Positions 34,291 to 41,335 are shown, counted from the first letter of the stretch. The stretch: DNA of 53,993 bases from Thermoprotei archaeon (GCA_003649235.1 QMRG01000001.1:1-53993), one strand, 5' to 3'. A program made the numbers and translations. Notes: generated from the letters alone by a model not told the origin.

Positions 34291-35141
34291 TTAATCACCA
34301 CTCCAAGCTGTTCTCTCAGTAACTTTACGAGCTTGTCATAGGTGACATCTTCGATTTCAACCTCGAAGCCTCTCTGAAACCTGCATTTTTGAAGCGTCGA
34401 CACATACTTCCATCGCTTGGCAACCGGATCGAATTCCTTTCGCGCGTAGAGAACCACGTCGACCATATGCGCTGTATCCTTCTGAGCTCGCGGCACATAC
34501 AGACCCGTTGGATTGCCTTGCGAGTCATACTTCTCAGTCGTCTTTGCAGTCAACACCACGTTTATCGGTTGTGCCAGCAACCTCAAGATGAGCTTCCGAT
34601 ATCGCATATTTGCCTTGCCGTACTCAAACCGATACGGCTGTCCGCTCGCCGTCTTCTTACTTGCAACTACCTCCAGCCATGCCTGCATCCATGACCAGAC
34701 ATCACTCACCGAGTCGATGACCACTGTGCCTTTCTGAAGCGTCCTCAGTGCCGTCAACGCCTTCTCTAACGCCTCAATACTCTGTATCGGATCGACCTCG
34801 ACCGTTTTGGTGTCCAGTACGCATGCCTCGAAGACTCGTATGTCCTTGTTCTTGAAGGGCTCTTTCTGTAGCAACGGTGCCACGCCAAACTCTGTGTCGA
34901 CGACGTAAAGTGGCTCTGGAAACGTCAGGGCAAAGTGGGTTCTCGGGGTCTGCCAGGCAAACAAATAGTTGGGCGTACCTTAGCCAGGGTTGTCTAGGGC
35001 CTGGCAGACGTTCCCGACCTCTGGTTCTCCATACATCAACACCTTCAGCCCTGACTTCTGCACGATCTCTTCAGGCTTATGCCAGTAGTCCTCGGCCTTT
35101 AACTCTTCGGCTTCCTCTTGCTTCAGGATGTTCCAGCCCAC
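34287..35141 (-). CDS. Sak4/AAA_24-like RecA-superfamily ATPase, interrupted by a 69-nt BHB-type intron (exons 35141..35011 and 34941..34287)
   Basis: GGAGGTGA is followed after 4 nt by GTG 35141. The spliced product reads ..GLKVLMYGEPEVGKTHFALTFPEPLYVVDTEFG.. (Walker A) and ..GTVVIDSVSDVW (Walker B). The unspliced frame hits TAA at 34982..34980, and the track ORF (TTG 34964) lacks both an SD and a P-loop. Confidence 0.6.
34942..35010 (-). other. putative archaeal bulge-helix-bulge (hBHBh') intron inside a protein-coding gene
   Basis: The fold is helix GGU/ACC, bulge AGA (34943..34941), 4-bp helix CGGG/CCCG, bulge AAC (35012..35010), then an 11-bp helix GUCUGCCAGGC/GCCUGGCAGAC. All pairs are Watson-Crick. 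Cutting after nt 2 of each bulge removes 69 nt. Confidence 0.6.
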
Positions 35142-35145
35142 ACTC

Positions 35146-35409
35146 TCACCTCCTCACTTTAATCTTTCGGCCTTTCAAATGCATGAAGGCTTTCGCTTTC
35201 TTCTTGTCCGCCTCTTGTTGCTTTTTCAACTTCTCGAGGAATTGGACTCGCTCTTCGGCTTTACTCTTCAGAAACGCATCAAGCTCAGTCTCCGACAATC
35301 TCTCAAACTCGTCAAGAGGAACTGACACTCCGAAGCTGTCATTCTTACTGCTCAGCACTACCAGTACGGTTTCACCTTCAACTCTTATTTCGGTAATCTC
35401 ATACTCCAT
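35146..35409 (-). CDS. hypothetical protein
   Basis: GTGAGGTGATGAT precedes the ATG. 87 aa with a Lys-rich C-terminus. Confidence 0.5.
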   Translation of the reverse strand: MEYEITEIRVEGETVLVVLSSKNDSFGVSVPLDEFERLSETELDAFLKSKAEERVQFLEKLKKQQEADKKKAKAFMHLKGRKIKVRR

Positions 35410-35445
35410 ATCATCACCTCACAAAAATAGGGAGGCCGTGGGATG

Positions 35446-36489
35446 CTACTGCTCAAACACTGTTTGCTCATCGATAGGCACCTTGAACTTCGGATCGGCG
35501 AAGACACCGAACGCATTGATGCCTATCCTTGTCACATTCGGATCGATCTGCCGCGTCTCTCTGTTCCATCCAGGCATCTGCACTGTTCGACCAACGACGT
35601 AGACCTCACTGCCTACACCAAAGTCAATCATATGAGCGATGTCCTGATGGATCCAAACCGTGACTCCTTCGGCCTCTAAGTCTAGTAGTGTCTCGTCCTC
35701 AATTACTAGCAAACGATTGCCGACCGCTGTCGGTTCTGTCCTCATGAAGACTACTGCACCTTTCAAGACGCAGATTCTCTCGGCATCTGCCTGATGCTGC
35801 TGATGCCACTGCTCGATCGTGGCACATGTCACCTTCAACGGATCAGGAGTTGCCTCGAGTAGCTCGATGACTGACTGCTTGAAGTCAGGCACATCAATCG
35901 GCGTGAATTTCGTAGCGGCAACCGCAGTCGTCGAATAACGGAATTCTGTCTCAGCTCTCTTGTTCGCAGACCACCTTACTGGCTTGCCCAGAGGCGGCAA
36001 ATTGTTGACCTGGTCACGTCTGTGTATTTGCACTACGAGCTTTGTGAGTCCTCCACTTGCAGGTCTCGCTATGGCAATTGTCTGTCTGAGCATGACTGGC
36101 TGCGATATGTCTATGATTTGCCCTGATGGCATCCTGAATATAGGCTTGCCATTCACGTCACAGAGGCCTTCCTGGATTGCCTTACCGGGATCCTGTTGCC
36201 ACATTTGAAGTGCCTGCTCACGACGCCGTGCGAATACGTCCATTGCAGGTCCGATGCCTATGAATACACCGTCAAACGTCATCAGGTTTGGATATCTCAT
36301 CAGTGACTTGAGTTCTCTGTAGACCATGAAGCGTGCTTTTCGCTCTAGCTGATCCGGCGTCGCATTAGGCAACACCGTCTTCAGCTGCTCGATGTTCTGC
36401 TGTAGCTTTCCCATGAGCTCATCAAACGGCCTCCCGGTCTTCTGAGACCACTCACGTAGGAGTTGTTCCGTCTTCGCACGTTCGCTCAT
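35446..36489 (-). CDS. putative OB-fold ssDNA-binding protein
   Basis: GGGAGGTGGATGT precedes the ATG. ICVLKGAVVFMRTEPTAVGNRLLVIEDETLLDLEAEGVTVWIHQDIAHMIDFGVGSEVYVVGR looks like an RPA-type OB fold. It sits at the head of the replication module. The call is weak. Confidence 0.35.
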   Translation of the reverse strand: MSERAKTEQLLREWSQKTGRPFDELMGKLQQNIEQLKTVLPNATPDQLERKARFMVYRELKSLMRYPNLMTFDGVFIGIGPAMDVFARRREQALQMWQQDPGKAIQEGLCDVNGKPIFRMPSGQIIDISQPVMLRQTIAIARPASGGLTKLVVQIHRRDQVNNLPPLGKPVRWSANKRAETEFRYSTTAVAATKFTPIDVPDFKQSVIELLEATPDPLKVTCATIEQWHQQHQADAERICVLKGAVVFMRTEPTAVGNRLLVIEDETLLDLEAEGVTVWIHQDIAHMIDFGVGSEVYVVGRTVQMPGWNRETRQIDPNVTRIGINAFGVFADPKFKVPIDEQTVFEQ

Positions 36490-36709
36490 ACATCCACCTC
36501 CCGCAGCTTTACCGGCTTAGCCGGCTTCTGACACGGAGAGTCATACTCAACCGTGTCAGCCGGCACCTTCAGCGACCGGTACCTTCCTCATCGTGTCAGA
36601 TAGTCTAGCACTCATCATCAGGTCTCCGTATGGCAGGTCGTCCGCTCATCATATTCCGCAGACCCATGCCCGCCATACGGACTCCTCAAACGAGGAGCGT
36701 GATCTCGTA
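36490..36709 (-). promoter_or_regulatory. 220-nt hairpin- and repeat-rich intergenic region upstream of the replication module
   Basis: Perfect stems: CTGACACGG/CCGTGTCAG (36529..36559), CCGTATGGC/GCCATACGG (36627..36680), CTCCTC/GAGGAG (36682..36697) and CCGGC/GCCGG (36512..36524). There is a third CGTGTCAG copy at 36591 and two copies of CTCATCAT. Confidence 0.4.
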
Positions 36710-36931
36710 TCAGGAAAGCCTATTGGCGCTTCGAGCACGTGTACGCCTCCCACGAGGTGACAACGCGTAGAACTTTACACGTCCTTTCTGACGCTCTTCA
36801 AGGATGCCACATGCAATGGCGCGATAGATGTAACGGCGAGCTGTCACGACCTTAACACCGAGAAGTAAGGCAATTTCTTTGGCTGTATAGGCAAGATTCG
36901 GATCAAGGAGTTTCGACCACTCGACCTTCAT
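36710..36931 (-). CDS. winged helix-turn-helix DNA-binding protein
   Basis: ATGA overlap with the upstream stop. YTAKEIALLLGVKVVTARRYIYRAIACGILEE is HTH-like. Confidence 0.55.
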   Translation of the reverse strand: MKVEWSKLLDPNLAYTAKEIALLLGVKVVTARRYIYRAIACGILEERQKGRVKFYALSPRGRRTRARSANRLS

Positions 36932-37236
36932 GGCAGTTTCAAAACCCGTAAGCGTGATTCGAGGTTTTCGACAATGTAGAACGTAGGAAATCGGACTTTG
37001 CCGTCGTCATCCACGTAGTATCTGCGACGCATAATATGAGCGGTAACAATTGCGGCAAGGACCGGATTTGACAGAAAAAGAAAGAGGGGATGTGAGGCTT
37101 GCGCTGCAACGGCATGTGCCTGTTCGTAGTAACGCTTGGGATCGTTGTCGAGCTGGTAAACTACGAAATCGTCAAATGTCTCTTCGAGACGCCCCTTGAA
37201 TTGTTCGTAGCAGTCGGTGACAATGATCGCCTTCAC
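36928..37236 (-). CDS. hypothetical protein
   Basis: GAGGGT is followed after 6 nt by GTG 37236. 102 aa. Confidence 0.45.
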   Translation of the reverse strand: MKAIIVTDCYEQFKGRLEETFDDFVVYQLDNDPKRYYEQAHAVAAQASHPLFLFLSNPVLAAIVTAHIMRRRYYVDDDGKVRFPTFYIVENLESRLRVLKLP

Positions 37237-37250
37237 AGGCTAACCCTCGC

Positions 37251-37511
37251 TTAGAAGTTGGACTCTTGGGCAGTCTGAGCAGCTGCCCAGTAGGCCTTGG
37301 CTCCGTCGTATCTGACTACGACTAATCCCTTGTCGAGTAGCTGCTTGAGTCTCCTGTATGCAGAGCCAGTCTTCACTCCGAGAAAAGCGGCAACCTCAGC
37401 AGTTGTCATTGCGTGCTGAGAAAGCTCAGCTAGAAGCTCCTCGTTGGAAACTCTGCTTCCGACAGCCTTCTCGGCAGGAAGCTTGTTAAACTCATCCAAA
37501 CTGATTGGCAT
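37251..37511 (-). CDS. winged helix-turn-helix (MarR/ArsR-like) protein
   Basis: GGAGGTG is followed after 9 nt by ATG 37511. MTTAEVAAFLGVKTGSAYRRLKQLLDKGLVVVRYDG is wHTH-like. Confidence 0.55.
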   Translation of the reverse strand: MPISLDEFNKLPAEKAVGSRVSNEELLAELSQHAMTTAEVAAFLGVKTGSAYRRLKQLLDKGLVVVRYDGAKAYWAAAQTAQESNF

Positions 37512-37519
37512 CCCACCAT

Positions 37520-37597
37520 TCACCTCCCATGCGCTTTGTCATGGGTACCTCCAACCCATGACCGTGAGATACTCAAACCGAAGTCAAAAGTTCTCAT
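37520..37597 (-). CDS. possible 25-aa leader ORF
   Basis: AGGAGGT is followed after 7 nt by ATG 37597. Its stop TGA lies inside the SD of the next gene. It begins about 20 nt after the predicted transcription start. Confidence 0.25.
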   Translation of the reverse strand: MRTFDFGLSISRSWVGGTHDKAHGR

Positions 37598-37620
37598 CCT
37601 CTTGACCTCCTAGTTCCACA

Positions 37621-37658
37621 CTATTTAATCTTCTCCAAGATTTATAAATGTTTTGGAG
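37621..37658 (-). promoter_or_regulatory. archaeal promoter: BRE-like CCAAAACA + TATA box TTTATAAA, flanked by inverted repeat CTCCAA/TTGGAG, second AT box GATTAAAT
   Basis: The - strand reads CTCCAAAACATTTATAAATCTTGGAGAAGATTAAATAG, with an SD about 30 nt downstream of the TATA box. The composite CAAAACATTTA-N15-ATTAAAT recurs at 43942..43975. Confidence 0.55.
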
Positions 37659-37659
37659 C

Positions 37660-37893
37660 TCAGCGAATGTAGGCTAGGGTTCTGTGATCTCGGTTATCGG
37701 ATGGCTCGACATGTAGAAGGTAGTCCTTGGCAATTTCGAGAGTGCCTATAGCCATGGGTTTGCAATCGTCTAGGAGATTGAGGATGACATATACACGAGC
37801 AGGTAGCTGTTCGTCAGGAGGAACGCTTTGAATGCGCTTTCGGAGCTCAACAATCAACGGGTCTAGAAGACGTTCGATGTCAACTTTGGCCAT
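37660..37893 (-). CDS. hypothetical protein
   Basis: GAGGAGGTGAAGTC precedes the ATG. 77 aa. Confidence 0.5.
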   Translation of the reverse strand: MAKVDIERLLDPLIVELRKRIQSVPPDEQLPARVYVILNLLDDCKPMAIGTLEIAKDYLLHVEPSDNRDHRTLAYIR

Positions 37894-38393
37894 GACTTCA
37901 CCTCCTCGGAGAGAGCTTTCACGATTCGGTCGAGTTGCTCTTTTGACTTGAGTCCGAATATCGAAATGTATCTCGGAAAAACGAGCACATTGTGTCCAGC
38001 GACAGTGACCGTTGCACAGTTCGTATATTCGGGTGTGTAGATGGCGCCATGCTCTGCAAGAGCCTCAATGTCGATGGGCTCGTCGACGTAGACCCCTGCA
38101 GACAGCAGCGTAACGCGCGTCTTCGGCTCTGGCAGCTTGCCAACGTACTTCTCGAGCTCCTTAGTAGCTTCTCGTACGACATCACCATAGTTGAGTGTCT
38201 TCAGTCCGTGAAGTATCACCTTACCTGTCCTGTAGATCTGCATGTAGTACTTCCAGTAGTACTTCACCGCCGGAAACGTCCACGGATCATACTCCGCCAG
38301 ACCTTCCGGTAGCTGCTCGTAGATGTACTCGAGGTCGAATATCACATCAGGATACTCGACCAGCACGTTCACATTGTTGATGACCACTTTCAC
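37863..38393 (-). CDS. TATA-binding protein (TBP)-like two-repeat protein
   Basis: AGGAGGT is followed after 7 nt by the GTG. Repeat 1 is INNVNVLVEYPDVIFDLEYIYEQLPEGLAEYDPWTFPAV..IYRTGKVILHGLKTLNYGDVVREATKELEKY. Repeat 2 is VTLLSAGVYVDEPIDIEALAEHGAIYTPEYTNCATV..VLVFPRYISIFGLKSKEQLDRIVKAL. Both parallel the archaeal TBP repeat pattern (I.N.v......dLe.......Y.Pe.FPg......i..sGK....G.ks.e....a...l). Confidence 0.5.
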   Translation of the reverse strand: MKVVINNVNVLVEYPDVIFDLEYIYEQLPEGLAEYDPWTFPAVKYYWKYYMQIYRTGKVILHGLKTLNYGDVVREATKELEKYVGKLPEPKTRVTLLSAGVYVDEPIDIEALAEHGAIYTPEYTNCATVTVAGHNVLVFPRYISIFGLKSKEQLDRIVKALSEEVKSWPKLTSNVF

Positions 38394-38608
38394 CGTTTCG
38401 ACCTCCTGATTCTATCTAGTTGACGTAACAACAACACTCTCTCGGGCGCTTGTAAGTGTAGCCCGCACGCGCACACAGCAATCCAATAGTTGACCCGTTT
38501 CCTCTTGAATATCGTGAGCCGTCGACCGCAGTTTGGGCATCGACACCGATGTGCCTCTTCTACTTCTCGCTTAAAGGTATTTGCACCGAACCCCATTTTC
38601 CTCGACAT
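38390..38608 (-). CDS. zinc-ribbon protein
   Basis: GGAGAGG is followed after 10 nt by ATG 38608. The Cys motif is CRCPNCGRRL..VCACG. Confidence 0.45.
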   Translation of the reverse strand: MSRKMGFGANTFKREVEEAHRCRCPNCGRRLTIFKRKRVNYWIAVCACGLHLQAPERVLLLRQLDRIRRSKR

Positions 38609-38766
38609 AGCAGAAAACCTCTCCGTCGTAACCACTTCCGTCCGCAGACACAGCGAATTTCTCGGGTCTCCTTGCTACAGACGAGACGTCGTCCGCATAT
38701 ACACTGGAACGCAAACGGAAAGTGCGTCTCTTCGAGCTGTCTAAATCGCTCAATCGAGATCGGCAT
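38560..38766 (-). CDS. zinc-ribbon protein
   Basis: AGAGGTGAGG is followed after 4 nt by the ATG. The Cys motif is CICGRRL..CVCGRKW. Confidence 0.45.
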   Translation of the reverse strand: MPISIERFRQLEETHFPFAFQCICGRRLVCSKETREIRCVCGRKWLRRRGFLLCRGKWGSVQIPLSEK

Positions 38767-38971
38767 CGGACCTCACCTCTGTTCCGCCTTCTAACGTAAC
38801 CTTTACGGAGTACTTGTCAGAACTTCCGGATACTTTGCGTAACACGCGAAGTGCCTCCAGGAATTCTTCTGGAATTTCCACTTGATGATAAACGATAGCG
38901 GTTTTGGTTTCGAGCGGCTCATTGAAACGCTTCAACTCAATCTTGAGTTGCAACATCACGTTTTTCTTCAC
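38750..38971 (-). CDS. hypothetical protein
   Basis: AGGAGGTGA is followed after 5 nt by GTG 38971. Confidence 0.45.
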   Translation of the reverse strand: MKKNVMLQLKIELKRFNEPLETKTAIVYHQVEIPEEFLEALRVLRKVSGSSDKYSVKVTLEGGTEVRSDADLD

Positions 38972-39479
38972 TCTTTTCACCTCCTAATCGGATTACAGTA
39001 TCGGGAATCAGTCCGAGTATATTTTCGAACTGCCTTATGATGAAGGCTCTGAACTCGGGATTCGTGCTTCGCACACCATCTGCGACGAGAGGCAGTGGCT
39101 CGCAGTAGAAGACAATCTTCGTGCCCTTCATGGACTTGTAGATGCTCCACGCGTCGAAGATCAACTCCTCGAATTGCCTGTCGGAGAGGCGTCCAACACT
39201 GTACAGATACGTCGTATAAGGTATTGTGTCCAATGAGCATCTATCCATGACGACAATCTGGGCATTGTAGTCTCGCAATACGTCATTGGCACGATAATAA
39301 TTCAGAATCCATCGCTGTGTCATGTAGCCTCCCTGTTCATTTAACGGATACGGGCACTGTCGGGCACCTTCAGGGCGCAAGGCGACTTCGAAGCCTGCCG
39401 CCTTTAGCACTCTGTAGACGAGTGTTGCACGAGTCGTCTTTCCACTACAGTGTGGCCCCATAAAGATCAGACGCTTCAT
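38937..39479 (-). CDS. P-loop deoxynucleoside/nucleotide kinase-like protein
   Basis: GGAGAGTGAG is followed after 4 nt by ATG 39479. Walker A is FMGPHCSGKTT, followed by a VVMDRCSLD (DR) block typical of the dNK/dNMP kinase fold. Confidence 0.5.
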   Translation of the reverse strand: MKRLIFMGPHCSGKTTRATLVYRVLKAAGFEVALRPEGARQCPYPLNEQGGYMTQRWILNYYRANDVLRDYNAQIVVMDRCSLDTIPYTTYLYSVGRLSDRQFEELIFDAWSIYKSMKGTKIVFYCEPLPLVADGVRSTNPEFRAFIIRQFENILGLIPDTVIRLGGEKSEEKRDVATQD

Positions 39480-39484
39480 ACTTC

Positions 39485-39832
39485 TCACTCTCCAACAGCA
39501 ACAACTTCAGGTGTACCTTCGTGAAGGTAAACGTCACATCCGGAAATCGTAAAGATCCGTCTGAAGAGATGCCATTTCAGTGCTCGACAAACTCTTCGTT
39601 CACGCTCTTCGCGCTCTCTTTCGTCAGAGCTCAACGCCTGCAAGTGCTGTCGATACAAGTAATGCCAGTCCACGAGCAGCCACCTCGGCGTTATGTTGCG
39701 TTCATGTAGCTTCATCAAGGCTCGTAACAGTCTTCGCTTTAACTGTGGCGTCAGCTTCACTTCGACGTAGTTGTTGCCTTCAAGCATCACCAGTATGGTT
39801 TCCTCGTCAAGCCTGTTCACATTAGACTTCAT
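39485..39832 (-). CDS. hypothetical protein
   Basis: GAGGAG is followed after 7 nt by ATG 39832. Confidence 0.45.
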   Translation of the reverse strand: MKSNVNRLDEETILVMLEGNNYVEVKLTPQLKRRLLRALMKLHERNITPRWLLVDWHYLYRQHLQALSSDEREREERERRVCRALKWHLFRRIFTISGCDVYLHEGTPEVVAVGE

Positions 39833-40112
39833 CGTCAAGCTCCTCTTTCATCAACTCATTTATGCAGTCGACGCAGTAGCCCTTGTTTATCGCCCAATCC
39901 CAGTAACTCAGCATCTTTCCACACCTCTTGCACGGACGAGGTGGCAAGTCCAGCTCCTGTATCTTCTGCTTAATCGGATCCCACAGGGAGTCCGCCTCAT
40001 TAATGTTACAGGCAACGTCCAATGCCTCCATCAGCAATTCTGCTAGTCGCTCAGCCTGCTCCCTGTACCACTCTTCGTAGTCGAACTCATCTGCTTGCTT
40101 CATGGAACTCAT
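39822..40112 (-). CDS. acidic protein with C-terminal CxxC..CxxC zinc motif
   Basis: The start is at ATG 40112 (AAATGA overlap) or 40103. The Cys motif is CKRCGKML..CVDCINEL. Confidence 0.45.
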   Translation of the reverse strand: MSSMKQADEFDYEEWYREQAERLAELLMEALDVACNINEADSLWDPIKQKIQELDLPPRPCKRCGKMLSYWDWAINKGYCVDCINELMKEELDDEV

Positions 40113-40363
40113 TTCTCCTCGCAGCGCCAAATCCAATACAGTGCTCGTAACACTGCAAATACGCATGCAGCAACCTGCATAACTTTGGCAGGGATCTCAC
40201 CAAAAGCGACACCTAAAGCCCAGCTTCCTAACTTCCCAACTATGCATATGACGATGACTTCTTCCAGAGCTCGCCCAATACAACTCTTGAGTATCTTACG
40301 TCCTTCCCTTACCAACGTCTTCGCCAAGATCTTCAGAAACTGTCTGAACGTACGGTCACTCAA
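40109..40363 (-). CDS. small membrane protein
   Basis: AAGGAGGGAGAGGC precedes the TTG. There are two hydrophobic helices. Confidence 0.45.
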   Translation of the reverse strand: MSDRTFRQFLKILAKTLVREGRKILKSCIGRALEEVIVICIVGKLGSWALGVAFGEIPAKVMQVAACVFAVLRALYWIWRCEEK

Positions 40364-40586
40364 GCCTCTCCCTCCTTTTCATCTCTCGATACGCACACCA
40401 CGCAGTGAACAGCAGCCATCCGAACAGTACGACTACTGCGGCATACGGATTGACTTCTGCAACTAGCAGTGCAAGTGTCATACCAATGAGGTTCGCTCCG
40501 AAGAACTCTACTTGTGGCAGTAGACCTTTGTCTTCGCGAATTTCCTTGACGATTTCTCGTAGCCAGGCTACGACCTTCCTGATCAC
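40356..40586 (-). CDS. small membrane protein
   Basis: AAGGAGG is followed after 8 nt by the GTG. The TM segments are ANLIGMTLALLVAEV and AAVVVLFGWLLFTAW. Confidence 0.45.
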   Translation of the reverse strand: MIRKVVAWLREIVKEIREDKGLLPQVEFFGANLIGMTLALLVAEVNPYAAVVVLFGWLLFTAWCAYREMKRRERLE

Positions 40587-40834
40587 AAGTCCAGCCTCCT
40601 TGCGACGAGCCTCGCAGCCAATTTCAGCTCTCTGATGGCTTCCGCGTCAGTCTCGTCCACCTCAGCAAGACGTCTGATGATTTCCATGGCGAGCTCTCTC
40701 ACACTGGGTACTCTAGCCTCACTCTTATCCTTGAAGTGCGGACACTTGTCCTTCCGAGGATTGTACTCACCTGTGAAGGCACAGACCCATCCGACGCGTG
40801 AATGCGAGTAGTAGTAACACTTCTCACAGAGCAT
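40583..40834 (-). CDS. Cys-rich small protein
   Basis: The Cys motif is MLCEKCYYYSH..VCAF..KCPHF. The stop overlaps the start of its neighbour. Confidence 0.45.
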   Translation of the reverse strand: MLCEKCYYYSHSRVGWVCAFTGEYNPRKDKCPHFKDKSEARVPSVRELAMEIIRRLAEVDETDAEAIRELKLAARLVARRLDL

Positions 40835-41126
40835 TCCAGAACTCCCTCCACGGTACGTTGTCGTCCAACTTACTGACTAACCAGTTGCGACCTTCCGCGT
40901 ACACGATCTGTAGGCATCCGCTTCTCTCTAGCTTTCTGGCCACCCTGAAGGCAAATACTTCAGGATGGTAGTGCCATCGCTTGAGGTATTTGTAATACCG
41001 ATACGACGACCGCTTTTTGTTGTCGCTTACGCCGCCGAACAGGTCCACGATTCTGATGCGCTTGCTATGGCGTCGCCTCAGTTTCGAGAGGATCTTCCGT
41101 ATCAGTCTCATCTCGTCCACTACCAT
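40824..41126 (-). CDS. hypothetical basic protein
   Basis: ORF-track ORF packed between overlapping neighbours. Confidence 0.4.
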   Translation of the reverse strand: MVVDEMRLIRKILSKLRRRHSKRIRIVDLFGGVSDNKKRSSYRYYKYLKRWHYHPEVFAFRVARKLERSGCLQIVYAEGRNWLVSKLDDNVPWREFWNAL

Positions 41127-41335
41127 CCCTCCAGATTAGGCATACGTAAACGTATCCACTCATGGGCATCCGGGGCAGTTATTATTAGAGCGCCTCTTAC
41201 AAACATGGCGATCGACGCATACTTCCAGTCGTTGCGCCTGAAGAAATCAATTACAGTCTCACGGTCCCGCTGAGTCTTCGCAATGACGGCTTCCGTTCTG
41301 CCTCGTTTCCAGCCGACGATTACCCAGACTAACAA
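41120..41335 (-). CDS. hypothetical protein
   Basis: TTG start after GGAGTGGAAGG. It overlaps the upstream ORF by 77 nt, so its reality is uncertain. Confidence 0.3.
   Translation of the reverse strand: MLVWVIVGWKRGRTEAVIAKTQRDRETVIDFFRRNDWKYASIAMFVRGALIITAPDAHEWIRLRMPNLEGW

Noticed and set aside
34948-34958. The shared 10-mer GTCTGCCAGG between the intron inner helix and the structured element at 46544..46553 was considered as evidence of a common mobile or recognition element.
   Set aside because: A single 10-nt match in about 108 kb of two-strand sequence has a non-negligible chance expectation (roughly 0.1). No extended similarity flanks it.
34980-34982. The in-frame TAA in the Sak4-like ATPase gene could be a sign of stop-codon reassignment or readthrough.
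   Set aside because: TAA is used as an ordinary terminator by many other genes in the window. Readthrough would still leave a destroyed Walker A (GEPEVGNV). The flanking canonical BHB fold explains both defects at once.
34877-35602. A 241-aa + strand ORF.
   Set aside because: It is Ser/Leu/Pro/Arg-rich and low in complexity. It is antisense to the ATPase gene, the 87-aa gene and the start of the OB-fold gene, and it has no SD.
36596-36652. A C/D-box sRNA was considered (AUGAUGA ... CUGA-UGAUGA-12 nt-CUGA).
   Set aside because: Only the C'/D half has canonical spacing. C-to-D' is 24 nt rather than about 12 nt, no terminal stem is present, and the C box lies inside another strong hairpin. It is kept only as a remark within the intergenic-region finding.
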